Source: an uncultured Holophagales bacterium (GTDB lineage Bacteria > Acidobacteriota > Thermoanaerobaculia > Multivoradales > UBA5704). From it: a stretch of 64,000 bases of DNA. The notes under the pieces were generated by a model. It did no database searches. It saw nothing but the letters and a program-made list of their open reading frames with translations, and was not told where the DNA came from. The stretch lies in NCBI GenBank assembly GCA_963842525.1, contig CAWJGT010000001.1, forward strand, positions 128,001 through 192,000, read 5' to 3'. Each line of letters starts with the position of its first letter. Within the stretch, counting starts at the first letter, position 1. A program made the translations under genes and the position numbers. Below, one piece after another: positions 23,101-33,421 of the stretch.

Positions 23101-23391
23101 GTCCTCGGCCTGGGCAAGGTGGTCGGGGAAGCCACGGCGGGGTGGCTCATCTACACCGACAACGCTGCGCTCGTGGACGGCTCCCAGGTCCGCATCCCGT
23201 TCATCCGCATCACCGACAGCCGGGGGGAGGACCTGGAGAGGAACCCGCGGCCGGTCGACCTCCAGGTCGAGAAACCGCTCGGGGAAGGGCTCCGGGGGAA
23301 GGACTCTCAGCTCGACGCCGCGGTGCGGGAGCTGCTGGACGCTCTCACACCCCAGTCAGTGAGACCAGATACTCTGCGAACACCTCGTTGA
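20164..23391 (+). CDS. Tricorn-like S41 family peptidase
   Basis: GGAGG RBS, signal peptide, many SPDG propeller repeats, PDZ-like part, DIRNNNGG and SDGE motifs. Confidence 0.88.
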   Translation: MDCAKFVALASVVLVLAGRALAAVPAAGALSAEPAAGRQLPMLAQPTVSPDGRQIAFAARGDVWTVSADGGTARLLVTDPATESRPLWSPDGKHLAFISNRTGNGDVYVYAFATGEVRRLTWDDEVEQLNAWSEDGRWIYFFHSGQDLGNMNDVFRVRPEGGTPQEVSADRYVNESFATPSPDGRALAVTAHGHPTSWWRHGHAHIDEMEIWIERDGAYRRVSEGGAKELWPLWSRDGQRVFFVSDRGGAENLWVQELAGKAKPRPVSRFTDGRFLWPALAGDGRAVVFQRNLEIWKLDLASGKAAEVPIRLEGAAAGPDVERVRLTDGFSEVRLSPDGRKMAVVVHGEVFAVGAKEGGLAVRVTDTPAVERQVAWAPDSRRLAYASERDGRDGLYLYDFGTGEERRLTSGTTPAFSPDGRFLVFQNGRHELRVLDVGSGRERVLTRTNMDGPPFASERSLVWSPDSRWIAVLEYGDRMFRNVRLVPVDGGEPRMISFLAHFASQSMSWSPDGTFLVFTTGQRMEDGRLARIDLVPRTPRFREDQFRDLFPAGPPPVPPTPPATAPRPVEIVFEGIRERLTMLPVGLSISSQALSPDGRQIALVAETSGLSSIFLFALDERNGEPGLSRHMAATLSPGRKNMLQFSPDGTQLYFLDRGAIKVVLLADRGDPRPFQVTAEMDVDFDREKLEVFDQVWRYLDDLFADPGMHGVDWKAQRARFQPYVAAIRTRDELHQLLNLMIGELNTSHAAVRMPPVDTKRTTGHLGLRFDAVEYEAFGRLKIREIVPQGPAAVTREVREGDYLLAVDGRAVDGRTNLDALLDARIGRQTRLTVASSPDGGSREVDVRPIDLVAEKRLAYRAWVDVNRAYVERTSAGRLGYVHLFDMSQPALDQLLLDLDTDNHAREGVVVDIRNNNGGFVNAYVIDILTRRGYMSMTYRGFPTAPARSVLGQRALERPTVLLTNRSTLSDGENLTEGYRVLGLGKVVGEATAGWLIYTDNAALVDGSQVRIPFIRITDSRGEDLERNPRPVDLQVEKPLGEGLRGKDSQLDAAVRELLDALTPQSVRPDTLRTPR

Positions 23392-23770
23392 AGAGGGCTC
23401 CGGGCCGGCGGCTGCGCAGCAGCGATACCGCCTGCTCGCCGCTCAGGCCGAGCTCGACGAGGATCAGGCCCGCCACCAGCGCGGAACGGTTGAATCCCAT
23501 GCCGCAGTGGGACAGCACCCGGTGCCCGCTGCGCACCATGTCGGCCCCCAGCTTGACCACGGCGCGGAGCTTGGCCAGGTCCGGCAGGTCCTCGTCGTAG
23601 ATGGGGAAATAGAGATAGAGGACATGGTTGGGCATCGTCGGCACGCCGTGGTCGAGATCCCCATCGAGGTCGATCACCACCGAGATCCCGTGGCGGTCCA
23701 CGTAGTCCCAGTCGTCGATGTGGGGAGAAAGGTAGAGGCAACCCCCTTCGTCGAGGCAGATCACGTCCAT
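23345..23770 (-). CDS. Dual-specificity protein phosphatase family protein
   Basis: HCGMGFNRS (CX5R) motif; GAGGAG RBS. Confidence 0.85.
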   Translation of the reverse strand: MDVICLDEGGCLYLSPHIDDWDYVDRHGISVVIDLDGDLDHGVPTMPNHVLYLYFPIYDEDLPDLAKLRAVVKLGADMVRSGHRVLSHCGMGFNRSALVAGLILVELGLSGEQAVSLLRSRRPGALFNEVFAEYLVSLTGV

Positions 23771-24047
23771 GGCAGCTCCTCTGTTGATCCTCCTCTCCAA
23801 ACATAGCATGGAGGAAATACAATGGTCCCCAGAGTCACCTTGACGAAGAGGTCGGATTCGATCGCGCAGGGACCCTCGGATTCCACGAGAAATCCTTTCG
23901 CACGAGGCGCGCGCCCACGAGGGCGGCAGTCTTCGTGCACCCACGGCCGGCCAGCCGGCCAATCGCAATGGATGTCCCGTACCCTGAGACCTGCCCGTCC
24001 CGAGGCGCGGCGGCAATGTAAGGCGTTAAGTAGACGGTTCCAGGCCT

Positions 24048-24812
24048 CTACCGGTGCTTCCACACCGACGGCCGCTTTTCCAGGAAGGCCTGGAGACCCT
24101 CCTGCATGTCTTCGGTGCGGCAGAGATCTTCGAGATAGAGCCGCTCGGTCTCGTCGAGCGCCGCGGAGAAATTGCGGTCGCGGCCGGCTCGCACGGCGGC
24201 TTTGATGAGGCGGGTGACGGCGGCGCTCTGGCTCGTCACCTCCGCGGCGAAGACGGCGACGGCGTCGTCCAGGGTCCCCGAGGGCACGCGGCGGGTGACC
24301 AGGCCCATCTGGTCGGCCTCTTCGCAGGTCAGGGTGCGGCCGGTGACGAGCAGGTCGAGGGTGCGGCCGGCGCCGAGAAGCTTGGGATAGAGGGCCGCGG
24401 CGACTGGGGGATAGCAGCCGAGCTGCACCTCGGGCTGGCCGAAGCGGGAGTCGTCGGTGGCGATCACCAGATCGCAGGCCAGGGCGACTTCCATGCCGCC
24501 CCCCAGGCAGTGGCCGTGGACGGCGGCGACCGTCAGCGCGGAGAGATCGCGGAGCCGGCGGACGGCGCTATGGATGGCGGTCAGCATCGGGCCGACCTTG
24601 TCGAGGGTGTGGTCCTGGACCGAGACGCCGGCCGAGAAGGCTCGGTCGCCGGCGCCGCGGACGAAGACGAGCTGGAGGCCTTCGTCCATGGCGAGGCCGG
24701 CGAGGGTCTCCGCCAGCAGGGTCAGGGCCGGGATGTCGAGGATGTTGAGCGGCGGGCGGTTCAGGGTGACGGTCGCGACCCGTCCCTCCCGCTGACAGAG
24801 GACGGCGCTCAT
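24048..24812 (-). CDS. Enoyl-CoA hydratase/isomerase family protein
   Basis: LNRPPLN, AFSAG, CLGGGME, FGQPE, EGLQAFLEKR. Confidence 0.9.
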   Translation of the reverse strand: MSAVLCQREGRVATVTLNRPPLNILDIPALTLLAETLAGLAMDEGLQLVFVRGAGDRAFSAGVSVQDHTLDKVGPMLTAIHSAVRRLRDLSALTVAAVHGHCLGGGMEVALACDLVIATDDSRFGQPEVQLGCYPPVAAALYPKLLGAGRTLDLLVTGRTLTCEEADQMGLVTRRVPSGTLDDAVAVFAAEVTSQSAAVTRLIKAAVRAGRDRNFSAALDETERLYLEDLCRTEDMQEGLQAFLEKRPSVWKHR

Positions 24813-25531
24813 TCCGCCTTCCTGGTCTCCACGGCGCGGGCGAACTCCTCCCAGAGCGCGCGCTGCTGGGGATCGGCGATCAGGTTCTCGGGGTGCCACT
24901 GCACGCCTCGCACCCACCAGTCTTTGTTGCCATCGAGCTCGACGGCCTCGATCAGACCGTCAGCCGAGCGGGCCACGGGGACCAGGCCGTCTCCCAACTC
25001 CTTGATCGCCTGGTGGTGACGGCTGTTGACGGAGGCGGGCTGGCGCGTGAGGACCTTGCCGGTCGGCGTATCGGGCCGCAGCACCTCGAGGGGATGGGCG
25101 ATGGCGTCCTTGGGCTCGTCGATGCTGTGCGGGATGCCGCTCGGCCTCTGCGTGGGGAGGTTCTGCCAGAGGGAGCCGCCCAGGTAGACGTTCAGGAGCT
25201 GGACGCCGCGGCAGATGGCCCAGACGGGAAGCTCTGCCGTGCGGGCCTCGTCCATGAGCCGCCACTCCAGCTCGTCCCGTTCCAGGGAGATCTCGACCTC
25301 GGCGTCCGGCAGAGTCTCCTCGCCGTAGCGCTCCGGGGCCACGTCGATGCCGCCGCAGAGGACGAGCCCGGCGGCCTCCTTGGCCAGCTCGGGCACGGCG
25401 TCCCGCTCGTCGGGCTCCACGATCCGGATGTCGCCCGCCGGGATGCCGACCGCCTTCAGGGCCTCGACATAGGCCTGGGCTTTCTCTTCCGACGAGGTCG
25501 AGACCAGGACGTTCTTTCTCTCTCGCTTCAC
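24809..25531 (-). CDS. Peptidase C26 / gamma-glutamyl-GABA hydrolase-like glutamine amidotransferase
   Basis: LCGGIDV.P..Y, ICRGVQLLNV, VNSRHHQ, VQWHPE. Confidence 0.88.
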   Translation of the reverse strand: MKRERKNVLVSTSSEEKAQAYVEALKAVGIPAGDIRIVEPDERDAVPELAKEAAGLVLCGGIDVAPERYGEETLPDAEVEISLERDELEWRLMDEARTAELPVWAICRGVQLLNVYLGGSLWQNLPTQRPSGIPHSIDEPKDAIAHPLEVLRPDTPTGKVLTRQPASVNSRHHQAIKELGDGLVPVARSADGLIEAVELDGNKDWWVRGVQWHPENLIADPQQRALWEEFARAVETRKAE

Positions 25532-26718
25532 GCCGCCTCTCTTTCCACAAGCGCTGCGACGCCCATGCCGCCGGAGACGCAGAGCGTGGCGATGCCGCGC
25601 TGGAGCCCGCGGGCTTCCATGCCGTGGAGGAGGGTGACCAGGATGCGGGTGCCGGTGCAGCCGATGGGGTGGCCCAAGGCGATGGCGCCGCCGTCGGGGT
25701 TGACCCGCGTGCCGTCGGTTTCCAGCCCCTTGAGGCAGGCGAGCACCTGGCAGGCGAAGGCTTCGTTGAGCTCGATCTCGTCGACGTCCTGGAGCGACAG
25801 GCCGGTGCGCTGGAGGAGCTTCTGCATCGCCGGCACCGGGCCGATCCCCATGATGCGAGGCTCGACGCCCACGACCTGCCAGTCCACCAGGCGGGCGACG
25901 ATGGGCAGGCCGAGCTCGCGGGCGGCCTGGCGTGAGGTGACCAGAATTGCCGCGGCGCCGTCGGTGATGCCCGAGGCGTTGCCGGCGGTGACCCGGCCCC
26001 CTTCGCGGAAGACGGGTGCCATCTTGGCCAGGGAGGGAAGGGTCACGCCGTCGCGCGGGTGCTCGTCCGTGGCGATCTCGGTGTCTCCCTTTTTGCCGGG
26101 AAACCGGACCGGCACAATTTCGGCCTGAAAGCGGCCGGCGGTGCGCGCCCGCTCGCAGCGGAGCTGGCTCTCCAGGGCCCAGGCGTCGGACGCTTCGCGG
26201 TCGATGCCGCATTCGAGGGCCAGCTCCTCGGCGGTCTCGCCCATTACCAGCTCCGAGAGCGGATCGTTGAAGCCGTCCTTGTACATGCCGTCCACGATCT
26301 CGGCGTGTCCCAGACGGTAGCCGGACCGTGCGCGGGGGAGGAGGTAGGGAGTGTTGGACATGCTCTCCGTGCCGCCCGCCAGGATCACCCGGGCCTCGCC
26401 GGTCTTGATCGTGCGGGCGGCGGACAGCACCGCCTGGAGCCCCGAAGCGCAGGCCTGGTTGACCGTGAAGGCCGGCCGGTCGACCGGCACGCCGGTCCGG
26501 TAGGAGATCTGGCGGGCGGTGTTCGGTCCGCCGCCGGCCTGGCGGGCATGGCCGAAGATGACCTGGTCGACCTCTTTGGGGTCGCAGCCCGCCCGTTCAA
26601 GGCTGGCCTTGGCCGCCGCCGTGCCCAGGTCGGCCGGCGACAGGGACGACAGGGCGCCAAGGAATTTGCCGATTGGCGTCCGCACCGGGGCGGCGAGAAC
26701 GATGTCACCTTCCCACAT
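25528..26718 (-). CDS. Thiolase (acetyl-CoA C-acyltransferase)
   Basis: NQACASG, NEAF, GHPIGCTG, CVSGG. Confidence 0.93.
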   Translation of the reverse strand: MWEGDIVLAAPVRTPIGKFLGALSSLSPADLGTAAAKASLERAGCDPKEVDQVIFGHARQAGGGPNTARQISYRTGVPVDRPAFTVNQACASGLQAVLSAARTIKTGEARVILAGGTESMSNTPYLLPRARSGYRLGHAEIVDGMYKDGFNDPLSELVMGETAEELALECGIDREASDAWALESQLRCERARTAGRFQAEIVPVRFPGKKGDTEIATDEHPRDGVTLPSLAKMAPVFREGGRVTAGNASGITDGAAAILVTSRQAARELGLPIVARLVDWQVVGVEPRIMGIGPVPAMQKLLQRTGLSLQDVDEIELNEAFACQVLACLKGLETDGTRVNPDGGAIALGHPIGCTGTRILVTLLHGMEARGLQRGIATLCVSGGMGVAALVEREAA

Positions 26719-28186
26719 AAACCGTCTTCACCTCGGTGTACGCCTCCAGCGCCTCGCGGCCGAGCTCACGGCCGAAGCCGCTCTGCTTGTAGCCGCCGAA
26801 GGGGGCTGCGGTGTCGTACCAGTTGTATTGATTGATCCAGACGGTGCCGGCCTGGAGCTGGCGCGCGACCTGGTGGGCCTTGCCCACGTCGCGGGTCCAG
26901 ACCCCGGCAGCAAGCCCATAAATCGAGGCGTTCGCCAGCTCGACCGCCTCGCGGGGGTCCGCAAAGGGGATCACCGCCAGGACCGGGCCGAAAATCTCCT
27001 CGCGGGCGATCACCATGTCGTTGGACACGCCGCCGAGGATCGTCGGCTGCAGGAAGTATCCCTTGCCATTGAGGCCGACCGGCTCGCCGCCGTGGATCAC
27101 CTGCGCCCCCTCCCGCTTCCCCTCGTCGATGTAACGCAGGACCCCATCCCGCTGCTTCCGCGAGACCAGGGCGCCGAGGCGGGTTTTCGGGTCGAGCGGG
27201 TCGCCCGGGGCGAGCCGTTTCGTGCGCGCCAGGAGCTTGTCCATCAGCTCGTCGTGGACCTTCTTCTCGACGAAGAGGCGGGAGCCCGCGGCGCAGACCT
27301 CACCCTTGCCGTAGAAGATGCCGGTGTAGGCGCCCTTGGCCGCGGCTTCGAGGTCGGCGTCCGCGAAAACGATGTTCGGCGACTTGCCGCCCAGCTCCAG
27401 GGTGACCCTTTTGATCGTGTCGGCCGCGCCGCGCATGATGTCGCGGCCCACCTCTGTCGAGCCGGTGAAGGAGATCTTCGCAACCCCTGGGTGGTGCACC
27501 AGGGCATCGCCGACCTCGGCGCCTCCGCCCGGCAGGACGTTCAGCACCCCCGGCGGCAGCCCGGCCTCGGCGGCCAGCTCGGCGAACTTGAGCGCCGAGA
27601 GCGGCGTGTAGGACGCCGGCTTGTGGACAACCGTATTGCCGCAGGCCAGGGCCGGCGCGATCTTCCACAGCGCCTGGATGAGCGGGAAGTTCCACGGGGT
27701 GATGGCGCCGATCACGCCGACGGGCTCGCGCAGGGTGTAGGCGAGGACGAAGGGGCCGGAAACCGGCAGCGTGTCGCCCGTGACCTTGTCGGCCCAGCCG
27801 GCGTAATAGCGCAGCGCCTCGACCGCGGCCGGGACGTCGACGTAGCGCGACTCGAAGATCGGCTTGCCGTTGTCGAGCGTCTCCAGGCGGGCGAATTCGT
27901 CGATCCGCTCCTCCAGGAGATCGGCGATCTTCCACAGCAGTCGGCCACGGTCGCGCGGGGTAAGACGGGTCCCCCAGTCCCCCTGGAGCGCTTCGCGGGC
28001 AGCCTGGACCGCCCGGTCCACGTCCGCCGCGCCGGCCGAGGCGACCTCGCAGAGCGGCTCCTCGGTGGCCGGGTTCTCGGAGACGAAGAACCGTCCCCCT
28101 TCCGGCTCCACCCACTGGCCGCCGATCCACAGCTTGCGCGGCGGGAATTCCACCCGCGCCTGCGCGGTCGCCTCGACGAGAGTCAT
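26705..28186 (-). CDS. Aldehyde dehydrogenase
   Basis: [32 protein letters not shown]. Confidence 0.94.
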   Translation of the reverse strand: MTLVEATAQARVEFPPRKLWIGGQWVEPEGGRFFVSENPATEEPLCEVASAGAADVDRAVQAAREALQGDWGTRLTPRDRGRLLWKIADLLEERIDEFARLETLDNGKPIFESRYVDVPAAVEALRYYAGWADKVTGDTLPVSGPFVLAYTLREPVGVIGAITPWNFPLIQALWKIAPALACGNTVVHKPASYTPLSALKFAELAAEAGLPPGVLNVLPGGGAEVGDALVHHPGVAKISFTGSTEVGRDIMRGAADTIKRVTLELGGKSPNIVFADADLEAAAKGAYTGIFYGKGEVCAAGSRLFVEKKVHDELMDKLLARTKRLAPGDPLDPKTRLGALVSRKQRDGVLRYIDEGKREGAQVIHGGEPVGLNGKGYFLQPTILGGVSNDMVIAREEIFGPVLAVIPFADPREAVELANASIYGLAAGVWTRDVGKAHQVARQLQAGTVWINQYNWYDTAAPFGGYKQSGFGRELGREALEAYTEVKTVYVGR

Positions 28187-28187
28187 C

Positions 28188-29006
28188 TCAGACCCCCTTG
28201 AACTCGGGCTTGCGCTTGGTCACATAGGCGTCGAGGCCTTCGCGGGCGTCCTGGCTCTCGAAGAGCTGCTGCTGCAGCTCGCGCTCGATGGCGAGGCCGC
28301 TCTCGAACGGCACCTCGGCGCCGGACTGGACGGACCGCTTGATCCGGCCGACCGCCTTGGAGGCCCGGTTCGGCGGGCAGAACTGGCGGGCGAACTCGTG
28401 GACGTGGCCCGCGAAGTCGTCGCCCTCGTAGATGTAGTTGACGATGCCCAACTGCTGGGCTTCCTCGAAGTCGATCAGCCGGCCGGTGACCATGAGGTCG
28501 ATCGCCCGGTTCTTGCCGATGCGCCGGGCCAGGCGCTGGGTGCCGCCGGTGCCGGGGAGCACGCCGAGATTGACCTCGGGCAGGCCGACCTTGCCGGAGC
28601 CCTTCTTGGCGATGAGAAGGTCGGCCGCCATCGCGATCTCCAGGCCGCCGCCGACGGTATGCCCTTCGAGCGCCGCAAGGACCAGCTTGGGCGTCTGCTC
28701 CAGCCGGTTGAGCGTCTCGTTGGCGTGCAGGCAGAAGTTGTACTTGAAGTAGGGGTCCGACCCCTTGAGCATGTTGATGTTGGCGCCGGCGCAGAAGAAC
28801 TTCTCGCCCTTGCCCGAAAGAACGATGACGTGGACCTCGCGGTCGAAGCGCGCCTGGACGATGGCCGCGTCGAGCTGGCGCATCATTTCGTGGGTGTAGG
28901 TGTTGGCCGGCGGGTCGTCGAGGGTGATGTATCCCACCCCCTCCCGCACCTCCAAGTGGATCAGCGTGCGCTCGGCGGCGGCGGTTTCCGCTGCGATGGT
29001 AGCCAT
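28188..29006 (-). CDS. Enoyl-CoA hydratase/isomerase family protein
   Basis: PPANTY, FCAGA, VGGGLE, GLPEVNLGVLPGTGGTQRL; GGAGGAG RBS. Confidence 0.9.
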   Translation of the reverse strand: MATIAAETAAAERTLIHLEVREGVGYITLDDPPANTYTHEMMRQLDAAIVQARFDREVHVIVLSGKGEKFFCAGANINMLKGSDPYFKYNFCLHANETLNRLEQTPKLVLAALEGHTVGGGLEIAMAADLLIAKKGSGKVGLPEVNLGVLPGTGGTQRLARRIGKNRAIDLMVTGRLIDFEEAQQLGIVNYIYEGDDFAGHVHEFARQFCPPNRASKAVGRIKRSVQSGAEVPFESGLAIERELQQQLFESQDAREGLDAYVTKRKPEFKGV

Positions 29007-29197
29007 ATCTTCTCTCCTCCCGTGGTTTTGAGGGTGATCCCGGACGGTTCCGTCCGGCAAGATCTGCGCCGCGTATTGTCACACGAGCGCACCGGGGCGT
29101 CCACCCGGGCCCCTCCCCGTCCCTCCCCCGCGCGTCCACCAGCCACCCACCCCGAGCGGGAGAGGGGGTAGGGGGAGAGGGCTCGTTACGATGCGCC

Positions 29198-29578
29198 TTA
29201 CAGCTTCTGTGCACCCGCCAACTTGCTGAGATCGCCGTCGAAGGTGCCGAGAGGCAGATGTCCAGCTTTGCGAGCCACTTCCAGAATGAGGCAGTCCGAA
29301 AAGCCCAAGGCTGGGCGATTGCGGAGGTGCTGGAGAGCGGCTGCGACGACATCCGACTCCTGGATCATCAGATCCTGATGGTTGAGCAGGATCTCGACGG
29401 CTGTAGCGATCTCGGAGGGACCCTGGCCGTAGACCGCGCGGAGGACCCACAGGGTCTCGACGAGGACGATGTGCGACACCCAGGCCCCTTTGGCGACGAA
29501 CTCCTCGGCGGAGGCAACTTGCGCGGGGTCGTCTCGGACGGTCAACCTGATCAGGACGTTGGTATCAACGGCGCGCAT
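29198..29578 (-). CDS. PIN-domain (VapC-like) toxin
   Basis: MRAVDTNVL, E, FSDCLI, TFD acidic PIN residues. Confidence 0.88.
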   Translation of the reverse strand: MRAVDTNVLIRLTVRDDPAQVASAEEFVAKGAWVSHIVLVETLWVLRAVYGQGPSEIATAVEILLNHQDLMIQESDVVAAALQHLRNRPALGFSDCLILEVARKAGHLPLGTFDGDLSKLAGAQKL

Positions 29579-29825
29579 GGCGCCTCTTGACATACTCCTC
29601 AATCCCTTCCTTCATCTCCTCCAACGACAGGGGTTTGGGAGGTTCCGGGAACAAGGCCCGGTGCAAATCTTCCGAGGTGTAACGGCCGGCTCGGCGGACG
29701 ACGATGTCGTCTCCTTGCTCCTCCCATTCGAGGATGGAGCCCGGGCTCAAGCCCAGCCTGCGACGGACCTCGGCGGGCACGGAAATCTGGCCTTGGGCGG
29801 TCAACTTGGATTGTGCGAGCGCCAT
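29565..29825 (-). CDS. AbrB/MazE-family antitoxin
   Basis: SKLTAQGQISVPAEVRRRLGL.PG; overlaps the PIN gene start. Confidence 0.88.
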   Translation of the reverse strand: MALAQSKLTAQGQISVPAEVRRRLGLSPGSILEWEEQGDDIVVRRAGRYTSEDLHRALFPEPPKPLSLEEMKEGIEEYVKRRHARR

Positions 29826-31767
29826 GGCGTCTATAGTACCACGGTAAGGAAGGGCCCGCCCACCCGTGGACGCGGCGAGCCTGTTGGGCTATGATTGAAA
29901 CGAAATTTCTGAAGAGTCTCCCCAAGGCGTATCTCATTGAGGAGAGGGCATAGCGATGGCACAGCGAACAACAAACGGCCCGCGCATATTACCTCCCCCT
30001 CCTCCTGTGCGGCCCCGGGCTGCTGTTCCGCAGACGGTCCGACCCAAACCGGCGCACGCCGGAGCGCCGCAGGCACGCGTGGCGCCAACAGTGGCGAACG
30101 TCCCCAAGCCGAAGGTTGGTGGATCTGGGCAGGTGGCGGCCCCAGTCAACGCACAAGGCGCAGTACAGGCAGCAGGCCTCAGGCGCTTGACAGGCATTTC
30201 CGCAAGCGAGGCTCTCAGAAGGATTGCGGCGGAGGTGACAGCCACCGGAAACCCTGACCTTGCCGGGCAGAACCGTATTTAGTCCCTTACCAGTGAGATC
30301 TTCGCCAAACTGGTAGCGATTGTACGTCACTTTTCATGCAAGGGCCTCTTGGGCCAATTCGGGAATGAGGAACAGTCGCCTGAGCTTGAGCGCCGCGCAG
30401 ACGACCCTCTGGCCAAGCTGAGTCAAGTAGTACCTGTAGGTGTGACCGATCTTCTTGACCAGACCGTGAGTGCGGAGCCGCTTGAGGATGCGAGCGATCT
30501 GTCCGCTGCTCATCCCAGGCAAGAAAGCCTGCAAGTGACGATTGTGGAAACCGCTGATGTCGAGCTCACCTCGGACGATCACTTCAAAGACGGCGCGATC
30601 GGTGCTGTCGAAGAGGTTGAACCCGCGCTGTATGCGCTGCCCATCGTGGACACGCTTGGAGATCTTCTCCAGATTCTTGATCCCGGCGGTCGGATCTTCC
30701 AGAGCCGAAAGGAACTCGAGATAGCGCCGGTTTGCTGCTCTCATCAACTCCTGGAGGTCAGGCAGACTATAGATGGTCTTCTTGACCGGGGCGTTTTCCA
30801 TCTCCCAGGTGCCATCTCGGTGTTCCACCCTGCGGTGGTGCTTAAAGGATGTCACGTCGTTGCTGGTCGTCTCGATGCGGAGAACGCGGCCCAGTTTGTC
30901 GTACATCTTGATCGAATTGGGGCCCATGTGGTGCTTGATCCGAGTCCCCTCGATCCGGGTATGGAAGTCATTGCCGATCTCGACCTTCGAGCGCTCATCG
31001 AGCTTGCGGCCAAGAAACGTCGCCACGTTGTCTGGTTTTACCGTATGGATGGCAGTACGGACCAAAACCTCGTAGAGAGATTCGAGGTCGGCCTTGCTGC
31101 GAAAGATGATGTCCGTGGAGTACTCAATCTGCATCACGCTCCAGTGATAGCCGCCCTTGAAACGGACGCCGACCGGGCACAGCCATGTGGCGACTCGGTC
31201 AAGGATGCCGTGCAACCCATCCACGCGCATGTCGTCGGCCAGCTTTTGGGCCTGCTCAAAATCGGCGATCTCGACAAGGGCGTTATCAGCCATCTGGAAG
31301 CCGATCCCGGCTTTCTTCAACTGGCTTGCCAACCGGTTGTGGCCGTTGTAGTAGAACTGCAGACGAAAAGGAGCCCAGGTCGGCACACGCAAGTAGCAGA
31401 GTCCCAGACCCTCCCAGACGAAGTAGAAGTAGTAGTGGAGGCACTTCGCCTCGGTCGACTTCAGGAAGGTCTTGCCGGTCTTCTTGTCGTGCCAGGGCCT
31501 GAAGGAAGAGCAAGGCTCCATAGCCGAGAAGATGTGGACCAGGCCCGGGTGGTCACCGCGCTTCCCCAGAATCTCCTTGATCCGCTCCTCTTTGCGAAAG
31601 TTTCTCCGCCTGATGAACTCTATCGTCAGGCCCGCCTCGGCGGCCAGGCGTTCAGCGTGCTTGCGGATCTCATCGCGCAGCGGCTCGGCAAACCGGGTGT
31701 AGTCGAAGATCCGGATGCCTTGGGAGCCAAGATAGGCACTCATCGCTCCAGCATGGCAGATCTCAGG

Positions 31768-33421
31768 GTATCTGTTTACCGTCAGCGGCACTTTTGGGGA
31801 AGGTTTTCCCTGGACACACGTCCGCGCTGGCCAGGCGACCTGACGAGGGCGAGCGGCTACCGACCTGGAGCCACGGATAACTCGTGGCGAGAACTGTTAC
31901 GGTGGCTGTGACGCAGGAAGTATTGCCTCAAGCTTCGGTAGCTGGGGGCTGCGCAGAAGCTGGGGCAAGATCTCGAGTGTCCCGACTTGGTGTTGCTGAA
32001 ATGTGCGCAGGGCACTCATCAAGACCGCTTGCGCCTGGGACCCCTCGGCCGTCCGATTTCCCCCAGATGTCTTGCGGTTGATGACCGCCGGGCGAATCCC
32101 TTGTTCGGCCGGCCAATTGGTCGCCTCCACATCCGTGCGTTCCAGGAAGACAAACAGCTGCTCCTGGTGACGTATCAAATGCTGAGCCAGACGCTGGTTG
32201 TCGGGGTTCGTGAACTGCCCCGACAGACGCCTTTCCATCTGGAGCTCCAAGTCCTGCTTGACCTTCTCCAGCGCCTCGCCGCTGAGCTTGCCCGCGTCCC
32301 GCTGATCTCGCGCCTCCAAGGCGGCCTGCAGGATCTCTTTCACCGCCCGAGGAAAGCGCACCGCACCCCCTGTCGCCTTCTCCAGCAGCTCCTCGCAACG
32401 GCGCAACAGATGCGCCAGACAGGTCTGATGAGTCGCTTCTTCAAATTTCTGATAGGGAGCCCAACCATCAGCCACCAGCACGCCGACAAAGCCCTCCCCC
32501 AGGACCTCAGAGGCCTCGGCATAGCCACGACCCGGCTGGATGCTGTAGACCGTCTCGCTGCGATTGGTGAACACCCACAACCACACGCTATAGCCCCCCT
32601 CCCGCCAGCCCGTCTCGTCCGGGTACACCACAGGAGAGCTCCGGATCTTCGCCTTCAGCTCCTCGTACAAGGGCTCCAGCTTCTTACTCATGCGAAGCAG
32701 CGCGCGGCACAGGGCCGAGCGCGACACAGACAGTCCAGCCAGCTCCTTCAGCAACGCGGCGATCTTGCCGTAGCTCAAGCCTCCGACCTTGTTGAGCCAG
32801 GCGGCGAGCCCCAACACGTTTGGACCGAGTTGCACGTTGCCGACCCGGAACGCCTGGGAAGTCTGGCGCGGGTGACGCCCCACAGCTTCCCGGCCACATG
32901 CCGAGCACTTCCCATAATGGAGGATGAACTCCGTCGTCACCGGCCGAATCGGCGGCAGATCGGTCTGATACTGGCGAGCTTCGCCCTGCGGAATGACCTG
33001 ACCCCCACAGTGCTCACAATACAGCGGGCACTCCACCACGATGGTTTCGTCGACGTGATCGGGCACAGCTCGAGTCGCTTGCTGACCATATTGATCCCCG
33101 GCTTTGCGCCCTGGAGACTTGGGATCCTCGCTCGGATCTCCCTTCGAGAAGGGGGCAGCCTGGCGTTTGCCCCGGCGCCGTAGCTCCTCGACAAGTTTCT
33201 CCAGATCGACGATTCGGCGCTTCAGGTGCGCAATCTGGCGCTCCTGCTCCTCCACCCGCTGGCGAAGCTCACCGTTGTCTTGGCGAAGCTCAGAGTTCTC
33301 TTGAAGGAGTTCCTCGTAAGTCGGCATGCCTGAAAGACATTAGACCATGCCGAGAAGAGAACTTACCCTTGCGGACGTGCCACCGCTCGGGGAAGGCGGC
33401 ACTAGGGCGGTAAACAGATAC
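31768..33421 (-). mobile_element. IS66-family element, copy 2, 1654 bp
   Basis: Same GTATCTGTTTACCG inverted repeats; 8-bp duplication ATCTCAGG at 31760-31767 and 33422-33429. Confidence 0.94.
31897..33327 (-). CDS. IS66 transposase, intact (476 aa)
   Basis: DETG, ADG, QTCLAH, TNWPAE motifs; uninterrupted ORF. Confidence 0.93.
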   Translation of the reverse strand: MPTYEELLQENSELRQDNGELRQRVEEQERQIAHLKRRIVDLEKLVEELRRRGKRQAAPFSKGDPSEDPKSPGRKAGDQYGQQATRAVPDHVDETIVVECPLYCEHCGGQVIPQGEARQYQTDLPPIRPVTTEFILHYGKCSACGREAVGRHPRQTSQAFRVGNVQLGPNVLGLAAWLNKVGGLSYGKIAALLKELAGLSVSRSALCRALLRMSKKLEPLYEELKAKIRSSPVVYPDETGWREGGYSVWLWVFTNRSETVYSIQPGRGYAEASEVLGEGFVGVLVADGWAPYQKFEEATHQTCLAHLLRRCEELLEKATGGAVRFPRAVKEILQAALEARDQRDAGKLSGEALEKVKQDLELQMERRLSGQFTNPDNQRLAQHLIRHQEQLFVFLERTDVEATNWPAEQGIRPAVINRKTSGGNRTAEGSQAQAVLMSALRTFQQHQVGTLEILPQLLRSPQLPKLEAILPASQPP

